Assembly (NCBI GenBank): GCA_030324005.1
Contig: JARDVH010000157.1
Coordinates: 14,874,977 to 14,937,742 of the forward strand
Direction of reading: 5' to 3'
Source: Negaprion brevirostris
Lineage: Eukaryota
Length of the DNA: 62,766 nt
The notes under the pieces are model-generated. The model worked only from the letters and a program-made list of their open reading frames with translations, was not told the DNA's origin and made no database searches. The position numbers were made by a program, and so were the translations under genes. Of the stretch, positions 13,326 to 27,296 are shown one piece after another. Positions within the stretch are counted from its first letter, which is position 1. Each line of letters opens with the position of its first letter.

Positions 13326-14469
13326 TGAAACCATTGCCGATTGTCAGAAAAACCCATCTGGTTCACTAATGTCCTTAGGGGAGGAAACCTGCCCTCCTTA
13401 CCTGGTCTGGCCTACATGTGATTCCAGAGCCACAGCAATGTGGTTGATTCTCAACTGCTCTCGGGTCAACCAGGGATGGGCAATAAATGCTGGCCAGCCA
13501 GTGATGCCCATGTGCCATGAATGAATAATAAAAAAAGAACAAAAATGTAGATTGCTCAGGAAAGAGAGAGATAATCAGAGGAGGGAAGGTGTAGTTTTAT
13601 ACATACAAGATGATTGAGGTGTCAAGAAACTGGGTAATTCTGTTTGGCATGCTTCAAAAATGACCAGTGAGCACATTGGAGGGTGCAGAGCAGAGCAAGA
13701 ATGATTCCAAGTTGAGAAGGGATGAGTTACATGGAAAAGACAGAGCGGCTTGAGTTCTATACTTGAGGTGGTTAAGGCGGAAGATTGCATTGTGGTACAC
13801 AAATTATTAAATAGCACAGGCAAGACAAATTCAAAAAACTAATTCATTCCAGCTGACAGAACAAGAGAATGCCACTCTGAAAACAGTTCTTAGAAGATTA
13901 TTCCCCTACTCAAAATGCAATTATTATGTGGGACAACCTAACTACTAAAGCAGCGTAATTGAAAGAAATAACAGTGTTCACACTATAGTTGAACGATCAC
14001 ATGCTAGACTGAGTAAACTGAAATACCAGAAGAACAAGCTCAATGAGCCAAAAGGTCTTTTTAAAATCATTTTCGTAATCTGATGCATTAAAGGGAAGTT
14101 CTATAAATACATGTGAGAAAGGAATAGACGGTTATGCAGAAATGATTCGATGAAAAGGGGTGAGGAGAAGTTCATGTAAGGCATGAAGGCTGCCACAGAC
14201 TAGTTGGCTGAATATCCTATTTCTGTGTTGTAAACTCTGAGTATGATTTATGCACCAAACTTTAGATTGCAGACTGACATATATGTCGGCTCTGGGAGCG
14301 CTTTGATCTTACATGAATATGTAAGAGGGCAACCCAGAATAGAACACAAATTTTTTTTGAAAGCGTAAGCTTTTGGATAGCCATGATACCAAACCACCAG
14401 AATACCAAAGGAGCAGAATGGAAATTCCTACCCAAACTCCCCTTACGTGGGAGGTTTGGCAAGTGGAGC

Positions 14470-14737
14470 TTCTTCCATGAATGTTGAGGGCACAGCCTCA
14501 AGATAAAGGGGGGGCGGTTTAGAACGGAGTTGAGGAGGAACTTCTTCACTCAAAGGGTGGNNNNNNNNNNNNNNNNNNNNNNNNNNNNNNNNNNNNNNNN
14601 NNNNNNNNNNNNNNNNNNNNNNNNNNNNNNNNNNNNNNNNNNNNNNNNNNNNNNNNNNNNATCTTATTGAATGGCGGGGCAGGCTCGAGGGGCTAGATGG
14701 CCTACTCCTGCTCCTATTTCTTATGTTCTTATGTTCC
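14470..14737 (+). mobile_element. CR1 3' end (young subfamily, gap inside)
   Basis: RNFFTQRV-type end. Tail ..gggctagatggcctactcctgctcctatttcttatgttcttatgt also occurs at about 28937-29065, 46349-46457 and 55448-55502. Confidence 0.8.
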
Positions 14738-15211
14738 TGTCATGTATTTAAGAAGATCTTTTGAAGAAGGTTCTTGCTAATTTCAATTCTGCGAAGGCTA
14801 ATCTTTTAAACACATCGCAGGGTCAGAACATCTATCTAAAAGTCATGTAACATCTATCTAAAAAGTCACGTAACATCGTTCACTTCTGTACACCGCAGAG
14901 CACAACTAAGTGCAATAGTTCAGTTGAAATAAACAGAGGTGCAATCACGAAGCCTGCACCAATAATACTAAGTGTTAATGATTTGGTAGGAATATGGGCG
15001 TAAGCCTTTTACACAATAGTCAGGCTAAATAGGCTAAAATAGAAGAAGGTGAATGAATAAACAAACAGATTGTCCATGTAGGTTCATCATAACCAATATG
15101 AACTCTTTAACATTTTAATCCATATTTCCAATACTTGGGAACACTATACACCCAAGTCCAGTATCCTGGCATAGGAATACAATGAATTGAATTCTTTCTA
15201 CAAATTCCTAC

Positions 15212-15261
15212 CTTAAGTCGTTCTAACCAATCATTATATGCATCCACCAGCCACGGACGAG
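15212..15261 (-). CDS. PANK4: PANK4 exon 15 (ARPWLVDAYNDWLERLK)
   Basis: Hand translation. Acceptor ttctcag|, donor AAG|GTAGGA, 50 nt. Confidence 0.94.
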
Positions 15262-15919
15262 CTGAGAAATACAAGAACACATATATCTGTTAATTACTTC
15301 CCTCAAACGCCATTAGGAACAGGCTCCCAAGTATTTCAATCTTTATTAAAGGGGTGCTTCGGCATCACATTAAGTATTGTGGCAATGCACATCCCCTCTG
15401 ACATCAGTTTCAGGGATGTAAAAAAAATTGCGATTGCCATAAATAGATGGCAAAGCCAAATGGGAGATGCTTCAAGAGTTTCACCTGAAACATTAACCTG
15501 GCTTTCCTTGCTACAGATTCACACCATCTGTTTTTTGCTGAAGGCAGTCTGGGGGAAAGGGGTCACTGGGCTGTTTTAGTCCTTTAGTATTGAATTGAAT
15601 TTGCTCAGGATATAACCCTTGCTGCATTTACTTCTCTCCTTTCAAAGATGTTAAAGAACCATTTGACTATGGAGATAAGCAAACATCGCCCATGGAACTA
15701 TACCTCATAACTTTACAGTCATTTCAGGCACATTTGGTGGGTTAGCGAGAAGAATTATAATCAAGGGGTGATTTCAATAATTCTCTTACATTTCAATTAC
15801 TCCAATTCCCTTCACCTCTAAAGTGCAACACCAAGGCGCACAGGATATCAATCTCATTTGCAGAGTTGAATTAACTTTAATTTCTCACAAAAATCAAATA
15901 ATGTCTCACGGCTCCTTAC

Positions 15920-15975
15920 CTTGTAATTGCTTCTTTGCTTCTTCGAAGCCGAACGCTGAATTTGTTTCCAGAACA
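15920..15975 (-). CDS. PANK4: PANK4 exon 14 (VLETNSAFGFEEAKKQLQ)
   Basis: Hand translation. Acceptor catttag|, donor G|GTAAGG, 56 nt. Confidence 0.94.
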
Positions 15976-16067
15976 CTAAATGTGACAAAAAACATGATTT
16001 AACAGATTCAGGGACAGGATACTGCAAATACAAAATTAGAAAAAAGGTGTTCAAATGGTTTCCCAAT

Positions 16068-16374
16068 GGAGCAGCACGGTGGTTAGCACTGCTGCCACAG
16101 CACTAGGGACCCAGGTTCAATTCCGGCCTTGGGTGACTGTCCGTCTTGCACATTCTCCCCATCTGCATAGGTTTCCTCCAGATGCTCCAGTTTCCTCCCA
16201 CACTCCAAAGACATGCAGGTTAGGTTGATTCGCCATGGTAGATTGCCCCTTGGTGTCAGGGGATTAACGGGGTAAATGTGTGGGGTTACAAAAATAGGAC
16301 TGGGTGGGATAGTTGATGGTGCAAGCTCAATGGGCCAAATGGCCTTCTTCTGCACTGCAGGGATTCAATGATTC
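16068..16374 (+). mobile_element. HE1-like V-SINE, near full length
   Basis: Same head and V-domain; tail ..tgcactgcagggattcaatgattc. Confidence 0.88.
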
Positions 16375-16810
16375 TTTTTTATTCTTCTAACATGGTATGG
16401 TTGTGCCTTTCAATAATCATTTCTCCATTTGTTTGTAAAAGCAGCACCTATTGTGATATTGAACAAGTGCCATCCTTGGTCTAAGCTCTATTTACTAATG
16501 GCTTCTGGAACTACAACAAGAATTACATCCCATAGGCTACGGTTCCTGCTGCTTATTATTACTAAATCACCCTTGCTGGGAAATGCACTGGTGCAGATGT
16601 TAAATAACAGCAGACTTGAGATTCAGTTGCAATCTCTCCTTTGTACCACAGTCAAAGGGCTGCAAAACATCTGTAGTCTAAAATTCGAGGCAAACAGAAT
16701 GCACAGCAGGCAAATGCTGAACAGCCACAAAGGTATAAGATGGATAAGAAAATTAGGAGTAAAAGAAACAAAATATGCACTTTATCCATAGAAAACGAAA
16801 ATCATCAAAC

Positions 16811-17048
16811 CACGGAATCCCTACAGTGCAGAAGATGGTAATCTCCACCTAACCTACACATCTTTGGACACTAAGAGACAATTTGCTATGGCCAATCCAT
16901 CTAACCTGCACAGTTTTGGAGTGTGGGAGGAAGCCAGAGCAAATTCACACAGACACGGGGAGAATGTACACACTGCGCACAGTCACCCAAGGCCAGAATT
17001 GAACCCAGGTCCCTGGCTCTGAAGCAGCTGTGCTAACCACTGTGCCAT
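16811..17048 (-). mobile_element. HE1-like V-SINE
   Basis: Reverse complement of 16068-16374 with internal deletions. Confidence 0.85.
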
Positions 17049-17323
17049 CAATGTAGCCTTTTTTTTTAAACAATCCCTACAAGAGACTGCTTGCTGCCTC
17101 AGAGGTAGGTTACCCAGTCGGAGCAGACCTATGGATGCTATATTATAGATGCAACCTCAACAAACCAGTATGGAGGAGATGACCATAAACCAGGATTCAC
17201 CCAAAACCTGGGTACGAATCAACGCATCAAGAAACAAAACATCCTCTGGCTCTTCAAAATGTCACCAACCCAGTAAAATATCACAGTGTGTAACAGCTCC
17301 CATCAGCTCTCATTCCAACTTAC

Positions 17324-17475
17324 TCTGAAACAGCTTTGGCTCCCCAGTCAAAGACGTTTCCCGCTAAGAGACCTTTCACTAATGCAAACTGCCGCTCCTC
17401 CATGCTCAGTGACTCCAAGGCCTGCACAACTTTCTGAAAATGCTTCAATGCTATGTCATTTTCCCTTTGTTTCAC
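17324..17475 (-). CDS. PANK4: PANK4 exon 13 ([51 protein letters not shown])
   Basis: Hand translation. Acceptor ttttacag|, donor GA|GTAAGT, 152 nt. Contains the DUF89 GNxFD motif. Confidence 0.96.
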
Positions 17476-18360
17476 CTGTAAAACAAGGGCAGGAAGTTGT
17501 AGTCAAATATTACGGGAGAAATACCAGCAGAGATTAAAAAAATGCACAGGATCAGCCAACACGGAGAAAGATACACAGATCGCAAACAGGCCAATATGGT
17601 AATCACAAGCAACAGTCAGCATCAAGAGAGGGGCATAAATCAATGCTGCAATTTCAGGACTGCACCAGATGTTTCTCTTGTTCTCTGTGCCAAGAAACAC
17701 TCTTGTAAATGAGTTCCCACTTCAAACACACTAAAGCCTAACTGCGTACACATCTATTTGCCAGGCACAATATCAGGTAATATAAACTTTCCTTGACTCA
17801 AACTAAATACAATTACAGGAACTGATACAAGACTTTTTGCATTCTCCAAACTCTCGGATAGCAAGAATTGGTTGAGGACTGTAATTGGGTTGTAATCTAC
17901 CAACAAAATATTAGAAAAATAAATTACTGGTAAATTTCACACTTGAGGTACAATGGTGGAGTTTCAACAATAAAGGGTCACAATACTCAGTTAATTTTGT
18001 AGCAATATTGAACACAGAAGTTATAGGAAAGGTTTAGTTTACCCACAGGGAGGTATCTGTCTCAACATCGATGAGTTCTGAATACTGCTGCAGGCTTGAG
18101 TGCAGGTGATTTTATCATGCATTTCATGACCCCAGGGCAGCCTAGAGCACTTCACAACTAATTAGTTGCTTTTGAAGTGTAGCCACTTTTGCAATGTAGG
18201 GAAATATAATTGTCAATGTGTGCACTGTGTGGTCCCAAAAGCTGTAACATGATAATGGCCAAATAACTTGCTTTAATGAGCAATGCGATAAATGTCAAGA
18301 TAATCTGTTTCGGTAATGTCGGTTAAGGAATAAATACTGGCTAGAACACCAGGAGGATAG

Positions 18361-19247
18361 TCATAGGGTCACAGAGGTTTACATGGAAACAGACCCTTCG
18401 GCNNNNNNNNNNCATGCCGACTCTTTTTTTAAAACCACTAAGCTAGTCCCAGTTGCCCGCATTTGGCCCATATCCCTCTATACTCATCTTACCCATGTAA
18501 CTGTCTAAATGTTTTTTAAAAGACAAAGTTGTACCCATCTCTCCTACTACTTTTGACAGCCTGTTCCAGACACTCACCATCCTCTGTGAAAAAATTGCTA
18601 TCTGGATCCTTTTGTCTCCCTCCCCTCTCACCTTAAAACTATATCCACTAGTTTTAGACTCCTTATCTTTGGGAAAAGATGTTGACTATCCACCTTATCT
18701 ATGCCCCTCATTATTTTATAGACTTCTGAAAGATCACCCTAAACTTCCTATGCTCCAGGGAAAAAATTCCCAGTCTATCCAGTCTCTCCTTTGAATTCAA
18801 ACCATCAAGTTCCGGGGGCAATCTAGTAAATCTTTTCTGCACTCTTTCTAGTTTAGTAATATTCTTTCTATGATAGGGTGACCAGAACTACACACAGTAT
18901 TCCAAGTGTGGCCTTACCAATGTCTTGTACAACTTCAACAAGATGTCCCAACTCCTGTATCCAACGTTCTGATCAATGAAGCCAAGAATGCCAAATGCCT
19001 TCTTCACTATTCTGTCGACCTGTGACTCCANNNNNNNNNNCCCTGCCCAACAGCCAATCATTAACTGAGTAAGTTCGATCTACCAAAATGCATCACCTCA
19101 CATTTATCTAAATTAAACTCCATCTGCCATTCATTAGCCCACTGGCCCAACTGATCATTGTAATCCTAGATAACCTTATTCACTGTCCATTATGCAACCG
19201 ATCTTGGTGTCATCTGCAAACTTGCTAACCATGCCTCCTAAATTCTC
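18361..19247 (-). mobile_element. 5'-truncated CR1 LINE inserted in a Deu-SINE
   Basis: Minus strand starts near GGMVSKFADDTK and ends in a (ctatga)-type tail. Same subfamily as 21270-22195. Confidence 0.88.
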
Positions 19248-20221
19248 CTGGCTCTTACTTGAGTTGTCCTTGGAGCTTTTACATTCACCCAAAAAGGTAG
19301 ATGAGGCACCAAGTTAGCTCATTTAAAGATGTCACTCCCTTCAGACTGCATTGAAGTGCCAGATAATATGGTCAAGGCCCTAGAGTAAAATTTTAACCCC
19401 CAGTCTGTCGACTTCTCCCTTCGCTGGGATGCAATCAACCTGCAATCCTTTGAAGCCTGAACTAACACAAAAGCAACTGAAAGGGATATTGGTCAGGGCT
19501 AAGCCCACACTGCCCCACCTCTGCATTAACTGAACCCAGACAACTGCTATGCATGGGAAACAGATATACCTCTTTAAGGATCATACTGGAACAAAGGAGA
19601 TCAGAGATTATTTTTCCATTATTGAATAAAGGGGTTAGTCATGCTAGGGTTTCATTTTGCGACACCACAATTCCCAGTCAGAATGGAAATGATTGCGCAG
19701 TTCTCATTAACCACTGCAGGGATTAATTTGACACATACCATTTTCAGTATAACTATTCTCCACTCACTGTATTTTGCTGCAGAAATCATCATGATTTGAT
19801 TGGGTGATGCTTCTGTAGTTTACATCACAAATTGGGTTTGCTGTAACTTTTATCAGCACTTTTTAAATAGACTCTGTCAATTATTTGTTGTACTGCTGTT
19901 TAGATTGCTGAATAAATTGACTTTTGTTTTCAGCAAAACAGATTGTTTTAACTGCAAGTCCCATCCCACCCACTACTCACTGGCTGATATGGTGACAATA
20001 ATAGATTCTGAATATACAAGGCTAGTATCCAGGAATCTGTCAACCCTATATAGAAACAGTGCCTTTGATTTGAAAACTGTCCCCTTTAAGTAATTTTCAA
20101 CAGACATTTTCGAAGAAAATAGCAAGGCAAAAATGCATACTGCCAAAGGAGGAAGCAGGGTAATAATTAAAATAATTGTTTAACTCCAGCATTCTGTAAC
20201 TGCTTAGACTCTAGAGATATT

Positions 20222-21062
20222 GGGCAGAATCTTACCAAAATGGCTAAGTATCAGGATCTGATTGAAAACCGGCGTGTGGCCGGTTTTCTCTCCAGATCTT
20301 ATGACTCTATGTCTATAGGAAGTAGAAGGGGGGTGTTTTACGCTGTCATTTTGAGCAGTGGGGCCTAAGGATACTGACAAAGTCAGCTCCATAGAGATTG
20401 GGGTGCCGTTTTTAAAGGCTCACCAATCAGAGCAAAAAATAATCTTCCTCCAGCCCCCATCAGAGATATATCAAGGGCTCAATCCCCATAAAGTCATTGC
20501 CAGCATCAGCCTCTCAAATCCCCCACCCCACACCCCAGCATTTCCTCCCTTTCAGTGCATGCTCTTGCTCTGCCCCCTCACACACCTACATAATACAATT
20601 CTCCCTCCATGAGGTTTCCATGCACAAGTTGGTACTGCCAGGTTGGTATCAGGGGAGGGACAGTGCCCAGGCATGTCCTTCTCCCCCAGGGGCTATGCTC
20701 ACTTTTGCACCCCACAGAGGGATCCCCACAAAAGTAAATAAACTTTTGTTTTCTGCAAAACAGATTGTTTTAGTTGCAAATCCCCACATTTAGGTAACCC
20801 CAATGTGAGCCTCGCTGACGTGAGGGCACATCGGCAAGGTCTGAAAATACAACAAGGAAGGGGGTGAGAGAAATATGGGGGAGCCTGATAATTAAGTTAA
20901 AATTTATTCAAATACATCTCATCCCTCGCCAGTGACGAGGGGCGGGGAAAATCACAGAACGTGATCTCTCTGGAGTAAAACGCATTTCCCGGCTCTCTTC
21001 AGATTTTCAATCTGCATCGTCGTTCTCTCTGATGGCAAATGGGGGCTGAAAAATCGCTCCCA
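20222..21062. mobile_element. Putative GC-richer non-autonomous DNA element
   Basis: Termini gggcagaatctt... and ...aaaatcgctccc resemble the MITE ends. CpG-richer than its flanks. Similar start at about 24611-24930. Confidence 0.4.
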
Positions 21063-21269
21063 CCAACACTGGTTGAATGAATGTTCAACTTTCAGTCCAA
21101 ATGTTAAATTTGTTTAAACAAACCCATTTTAAAATCAAATATTGTAAAAGGGACAGCAAGGAAAAATAACCTATTTAATCAGATCTCACATATTCTGTTT
21201 AGGCTATAAGTTAAGCAAGTAGATTAAAAGAATCAACTATTCTTTTGTATTTTGGTGTCACGTTTGATT

Positions 21270-22195
21270 TGATTGTGAACATAGGAAGCATGGTTATTAA
21301 GTTTGCAGATGNNNNNNNNNNNNNNNNNNNNNNNNNNNNNNNNNNNNNNNNNNNNNNNNNNNNNNNNNNNNNNNNNNNNNNNNNNNNNNNNNNNNNNNNN
21401 NNNNNNNNNNNNNNNNNNNNNNNNNNNNNNNNNNNNNNNNNNNNNNNNNNNNNNNNNNNNNNNNNNNNNNNNNNNNNNNNNNNNNNNNNNNNNNNNNNNN
21501 NNNNNNNNNNNNNNNNNNNNNNNNNNNNNNNNNNNNNNNNNNNNNNNNNNNNNNNNNNNNNNNNNNNNNNNNNNNNNNNNNNNNNNNNNNNNNNNNNNNN
21601 NNNNNNNNNNNNNNNNNNNNNNNNNNNNNNNNNNNNNNNNNNNNNNNNNNNNNNNNNNNNNNNNNNNNNNNNNNNNNNNNNNNNCAACCTATTACAGAAA
21701 GGATATTATTAAACTAGAAAGAGTGCAGAAAAGATTTACTAGAATGCTACCGTGACTTGATGGATTGAGTTATAAGGAGAGGCTGGGTAGACTGGGACTT
21801 TTTTCTCTGAAGTGTAGGAGGCTGAAGGGTGATCTTATAGAGGTCTATAAAATGACAAGGAGCACAGATCAGCTAGATAGTCAACATCTTTTCCCAAAGA
21901 TCAGGAAGTCTAAAACTAGAGGGCATAGGTATAAAGTGAGGGGGGGAGAGATAAAAAAGTGTCCAGTGTTTTTCACACAGAGTGGTGAGTGTCTGGAACA
22001 AGCTGCCAGAGATAGTAGTGGAGGCAGGTACAATTTTTAAAAAACATTTAGACAGTTACATGAGTACGATGGGTATAGAGGGATATGGGCCAAATGTGGG
22101 CAATTTGGACTAGCTTAGGGGTTTAAAAAAACGGTGGCATGGACAAGTTGGGCCAAAGGGCCTGTTTCCATGTTGTAAACCTCTATGACTCTACG
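21270..22195 (+). mobile_element. 5'-truncated CR1 LINE (gap inside)
   Basis: GSMVIKFAD..., LERVQKRFTRMLP and SYKERLGRLGLFSL..RRLKGDLIEVYK are typical CR1 ORF2 C-terminal motifs. Tail ctatgactcta. Confidence 0.9.
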
Positions 22196-22870
22196 ACCTC
22201 AGCCACCACTACCCACCCGAACCTTCAGTAGTATTTTGTTTAGAACCAAGTTCTTCTAATAGTATTTGCAAATGTCCATTTCCATTGCATTTGATTTTCG
22301 ATTCCCAATTTGTCCTGCCTAATTTAGAAATCTTCTCGTTGCTGTGTCTTGCGTTGCCAATTCTGTGTTAAATTTTATCTTTACTGTGTCCGGGAATTAG
22401 AAAGTAATTTCGAACGGTTCCGAGAAGCTTGTCAGTGGGATAGTGGAGTTGAGGCTCCTCATACCCCCAAGGGGAAGGGAGCAGTGAAGTTTTGTACACA
22501 AGATTTAAAAAAAACCAAAAGTTTGTTGGAAGGATGGGGTGGCAGGAGATGGTGGAGAGACAGAGGAAGCTGCCTTGCCAGTTATTGATGTACCATTATT
22601 ATCATTTATCAAAAAAACACAGACACACTTTCCTCTAATTATAAATATAAAGTGGTGATTGCCCATTGATTTAAAAGACAATTCGAGGTGCTGTTCAAAC
22701 AAAAAGGTTAACTTTAATGAGCTAATTGAGGCAGTTGACTGCAAATGTTTCCAGTAACTTTGCTGAGAATATTTTTTTCTCAGCATTGCCCTCTGGTAGC
22801 AGGTTTGGCACCATTACACACTTGAAATATTTCAGGAGCTTTTTAATCCTCAAGTGTAGCATCATCATTA

Positions 22871-23149
<279 letters not shown>

Positions 23150-25958
23150 CTACGTTTAAAAAATACACAATCGTAATGCATCCCAAGGCTGCTGTGCTTT
23201 GTTACTAAGCCCAGAGAAAGGTGGAAATGTAAAAGGTGTGCAATAGCAGAATCAGGCATAGCATTGATGCCTTCCAAATTGAATTGTCCGCTGACATTCA
23301 TTGCCCAGACTCCCTCATTAGTAACAGCTACTCTTGTGAAACATTGGAAGACTACCATTACCTCCAGTGCAGGGTCTGGTAAGAACCCACACCTTCAAGA
23401 GAGGAGGGGGGGGAGAAAAATGGATGCATAATACACACGGTTTACTTTAAATTATGAATTTTTGATCTGAAATATATAATTGAACATTATAGAAAAGAAA
23501 GATTTGCAAAGTCAAGGGTTTTTGTCCAAACAATAATCCATCTATTTGACAGCAATACTTTGTAAAATAGCAATTCTGATAGTCACAGCACAGCTTGTGA
23601 CCAAATTAATGATTGGAATATAGGAACTGCTGGCCAACAAAAAGACCAAGGTCCCTTAAGGTCATCTTCTACCATCCTGACAGTTGTCTAATACAAGAAT
23701 GATGAAATTATTGAGCAATCATAATCATTGATCATAGCAATTTGGAATGTCCTCTACGACTCTCACCAATTTTTACATATGCACCATAGAAAACACCCTT
23801 TCCAGATGTATCACNNNNNNNNNNNNNNNNNNNNNNNNNNNNNNNNNNNNNNNNNNNNNNNNNNNNNNNNNNNNNNNNNNNNNNNNNNNNNNNNNNNNNN
23901 NNNNNNNNNNNNNNNNNNNNNNNNNNNNNNNNNNNNNNNNNNNNNNNNNNNNNNNNNNNNNNNNNNNNNNNNNNNNNNNNNNNNNNNNNNNNNNNNNNNN
24001 NNNNNNNNNNNNNNNNNNNNNNNNNNNNNNNNNNNNNNNNNNNNNNNNNNNNNNNNNNNNNNNNNNNNNNNNNNNNNNNNNNNNNNNNNNNNNNNNNNNN
24101 NNNNNNNNNNNNNNNNNNNNNNNNNNNNNNNNNNNNNNNNNNNNNNNNNNNNNNNNNNNNNNNNNNNNNNNNNNNNNNNNNNNNNTCTATGGCTTAGTAG
24201 GTATAGATGTGTTCGGCGCAACTTGTGGGCCGAAGGGCCTGTTTGTGCTGTAGTGTTCTATGTAAATCTATAACTATTCGAATACAGATTCAGACATGAG
24301 GCAAAGACTCTCCCAGTGATGGTAAACTTTGGAACAATAGAACTAAAGTTACTTATTTTGCCCAAGCATGCTTCACATAATAGATCATTTATACACTAAT
24401 AGCAAAATATTATTTTGTGAAAGGAATCTATCTGATTTATACTTAAATGAATCAAAGAAATTGAGCTCCACCATTTCCCAATGGATTCTGTTCCATCATC
24501 TCACCACTAACTTGGTGAAATAACATTTCTGCAGATTAGTTCTAAATTTAACATCTTTCTAGAGTAGACTGTCTCCTCTGGTCCTACTATTCTGGATAAG
24601 GAGGAACACCTGGGCCAAAATTCTAAGTGTTGAATTCGTGTGAAAACTGGAGTAATTCACGCTGGTTTTTTCAGTGAGATTTCAAAGAATCTCCCACACT
24701 CTGTGCACTGCAGAGGTCATAAGTGTGAATATCATTAAAAATCAGTGGGCAGGACCTATTCCAGTTGGAGAGGCTGGCAGCATAGCTGAGCGGGTCACTG
24801 AGCATGTGCCATCTGTCAGCGCCAAGATAGGCACATGTGCAGTGGCCCGTCAGCAGACCAGCCCCACGATACGTGCATTGCCAACTGTCCGAGCCTCCCC
24901 AGCCCCTTGACCCTTTCCAGGCCACTGCCATTTCACTGATTTACACAGGATTTACAGAACAGAAATAGGCCATTTGGTCCAACTGGCCTATACTGGCATT
25001 AATGCTCGACATGAGCCTTCTCCTATCTTCTTTCAAAGTTTAAAGTTTATTTATTAATGTCACAAGCTAATATTAGCATTGCAATGAAGTTACTGTGAAA
25101 ATNNNNNNNNNNNNNNNNNNNNNNNNNNNNNNNNNNNNNNNNNNNNNNNNNNNNNNNNNNNNNNNNNNNNNNNNNNNNNNNNNNNNNNNNNNNNNNNNNN
25201 NNNNNNNNNNNNNNNNNNNNNNNNNNNNNNNNNNNNNNNNNNNNNNNNNNNNNNNNNNNNNNNNNNNNNNNNNNNNNNNNNNNNNNNNNNNNNNNNNNNN
25301 NNNNNNNNNNNNNNNNNNNNNNNNNNNNNNNNNNNNNNNNNNNNNNNNNNNNNNNNNNNNNNNNNNNNNNNNNNTGGGATCAAAGGTTATGGGGAAAAAG
25401 CAGGATTAGGCTATTGAGTTGGATGATCAGCCATGATCGTAATGAATGGCACAGCAGGCTCAAAGGGCCAAATGGCCGCCTCCTATCTTCGATGTTTCTA
25501 TGTTTCACCCGGAGGAAACCCATGCAGACACGGTGAGAATGTGTAGGCTCCACACAGACAGTGACCCAAGCTGGGAATCGAACCCAGGTCGCTGGCACTG
25601 TGAGGTAGCAGTGCAAACCACTGTGTCACTGTGCTGCCATTCACCCATTAGGATATTCTCCTTCTCCTTTCTCCCTCAGCTGCTCTTCTAGATTCCCCTG
25701 AAAGCATCTATGCTAATTTCCTCAACCGTTCCTATAGTGACATGTTCCAGCTTAAATTGACCATTCAATATATCCCAACATCTGACTTGTTGAAAAGTTA
25801 AATGCTTATATGTATTGCAGCAAAAAAAAAATGAGTCCCAGTGCACTTGGAAGTGGTAATGTTTTCAAAACTGGCAACACCACTGAACTGTGAACTTTTT
25901 ATGTTAATCTAAAAATACTTTGGATTCACATAGAGCACTGCACTTAGTCAATACTCAC

Positions 25959-26071
25959 AATGGCTGATGCCTCAATGTTTGAAGTTTGTGCCTGTATTTT
26001 TGCCGAAATTTCTCTGCTCGCTCTGTGGCATCCAGTGACTGTGGTTGGCTAGCGACAGCCCGCTTCACTAC
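25959..26071 (-). CDS. PANK4: PANK4 exon 11 ([38 protein letters not shown])
   Basis: Hand translation. Acceptor tgtttcag|, donor TT|GTGAGT, 113 nt. Confidence 0.96.
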
Positions 26072-26253
26072 CTGAAACAGAAGTAGTAAAAATACAGCTT
26101 CACATCGGAACAACCTCGTTCAGTTGATCTAATAAGGTTTTTTGGTACAATGTATTGAAACAAAGCAAGTTATAAAGGAAGAACTCACATTTGTGTTGTG
26201 TCTCACCATACCCAGAATATTCCAAACTGTTCCACAACTAATTAATTTGTTTT

Positions 26254-26563
26254 CATAAAATCCCCACAGTGTAAAAGAGGCCATGTGGCCCATCAAGTCT
26301 GCACCAATTCTCTGAGAGTCTTTTACCCAAGCATTCTTCCCAGCTCTATCCATATAATCCCATATATTTACCATGGCTAATCCCATCTAACCTACACATC
26401 TTGGAACACTAAAGGGCAAATTTAGCACGTCCAATCATCTCTGGAGTGCAGGAGGAAATCCACACAGACATGGGGAGAATACACAAACTCCACACAGTCA
26501 GCCAAGGCCAGAATCGAACCCAGGTCCCTGGACTGTGAGGCAGCAGTGCTAACTACTGTGCCA
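26254..26563 (-). mobile_element. HE1-like V-SINE
   Basis: Multi-copy similarity. Confidence 0.85.
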
Positions 26564-26733
26564 CTTTGATGAGCAGACTGCTCTTATGCAGGGCAATGTG
26601 ATAGCCAACATTAAATACATTAGTTGACTTAAATGACCAAGTCACTTGTGTTAGTTGTGGGAGAGCATTTCTTTTATCATTTCTAAACAGCCCTGGATTT
26701 TACCTCTAATTTTCAGAGTTTGTTGACAACTGA

Positions 26734-27040
26734 CATAGAAATAGAATCCCTACAGTGCAGGAGGCCATTCGGCCCATCGAGTCTGCACCAACCACAATCC
26801 CACCCAGGCCCAATCCCCATAACCCCACAAATTTACTCCACTAATCCCCTGACACTAGGGTCAATTTAGCATGGCCAATCAACCTAATCCACACACATCT
26901 TTGTATGTGGGAGGAAAGCGGAGCATCCTGAGGAAACCCATGCAGACACAGGGAGAATATGCAAACTCCACACAGTGACCCGAGGCCAGAATTGAACCCA
27001 GGTCCCTGGCGCTGTTAACCACCATGCCATCATGCCACCC
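26734..27040 (-). mobile_element. HE1-like V-SINE
   Basis: Multi-copy similarity. Confidence 0.88.
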
Positions 27041-27296
27041 CAATGTATCTGCATCGTTGGATGTTAAAATTCTAGAATTTCAGTTCTAAATCTGTTGCAT
27101 TTAACACACTCCTTAAACCCACCATTTTGGCAAAATGTCGAGCAACACAGTGTAATACTTCCTTCTTCAGTCTGGTTTCATCTTTTGTCATGATTATACT
27201 AATATGAAGTGCCTTGGTACATTTTACTACACTGAAAGCATTACGTCCACCTAAGCTGACATTGGGCAGCCAACTATAAATTCATTAACAACATGA

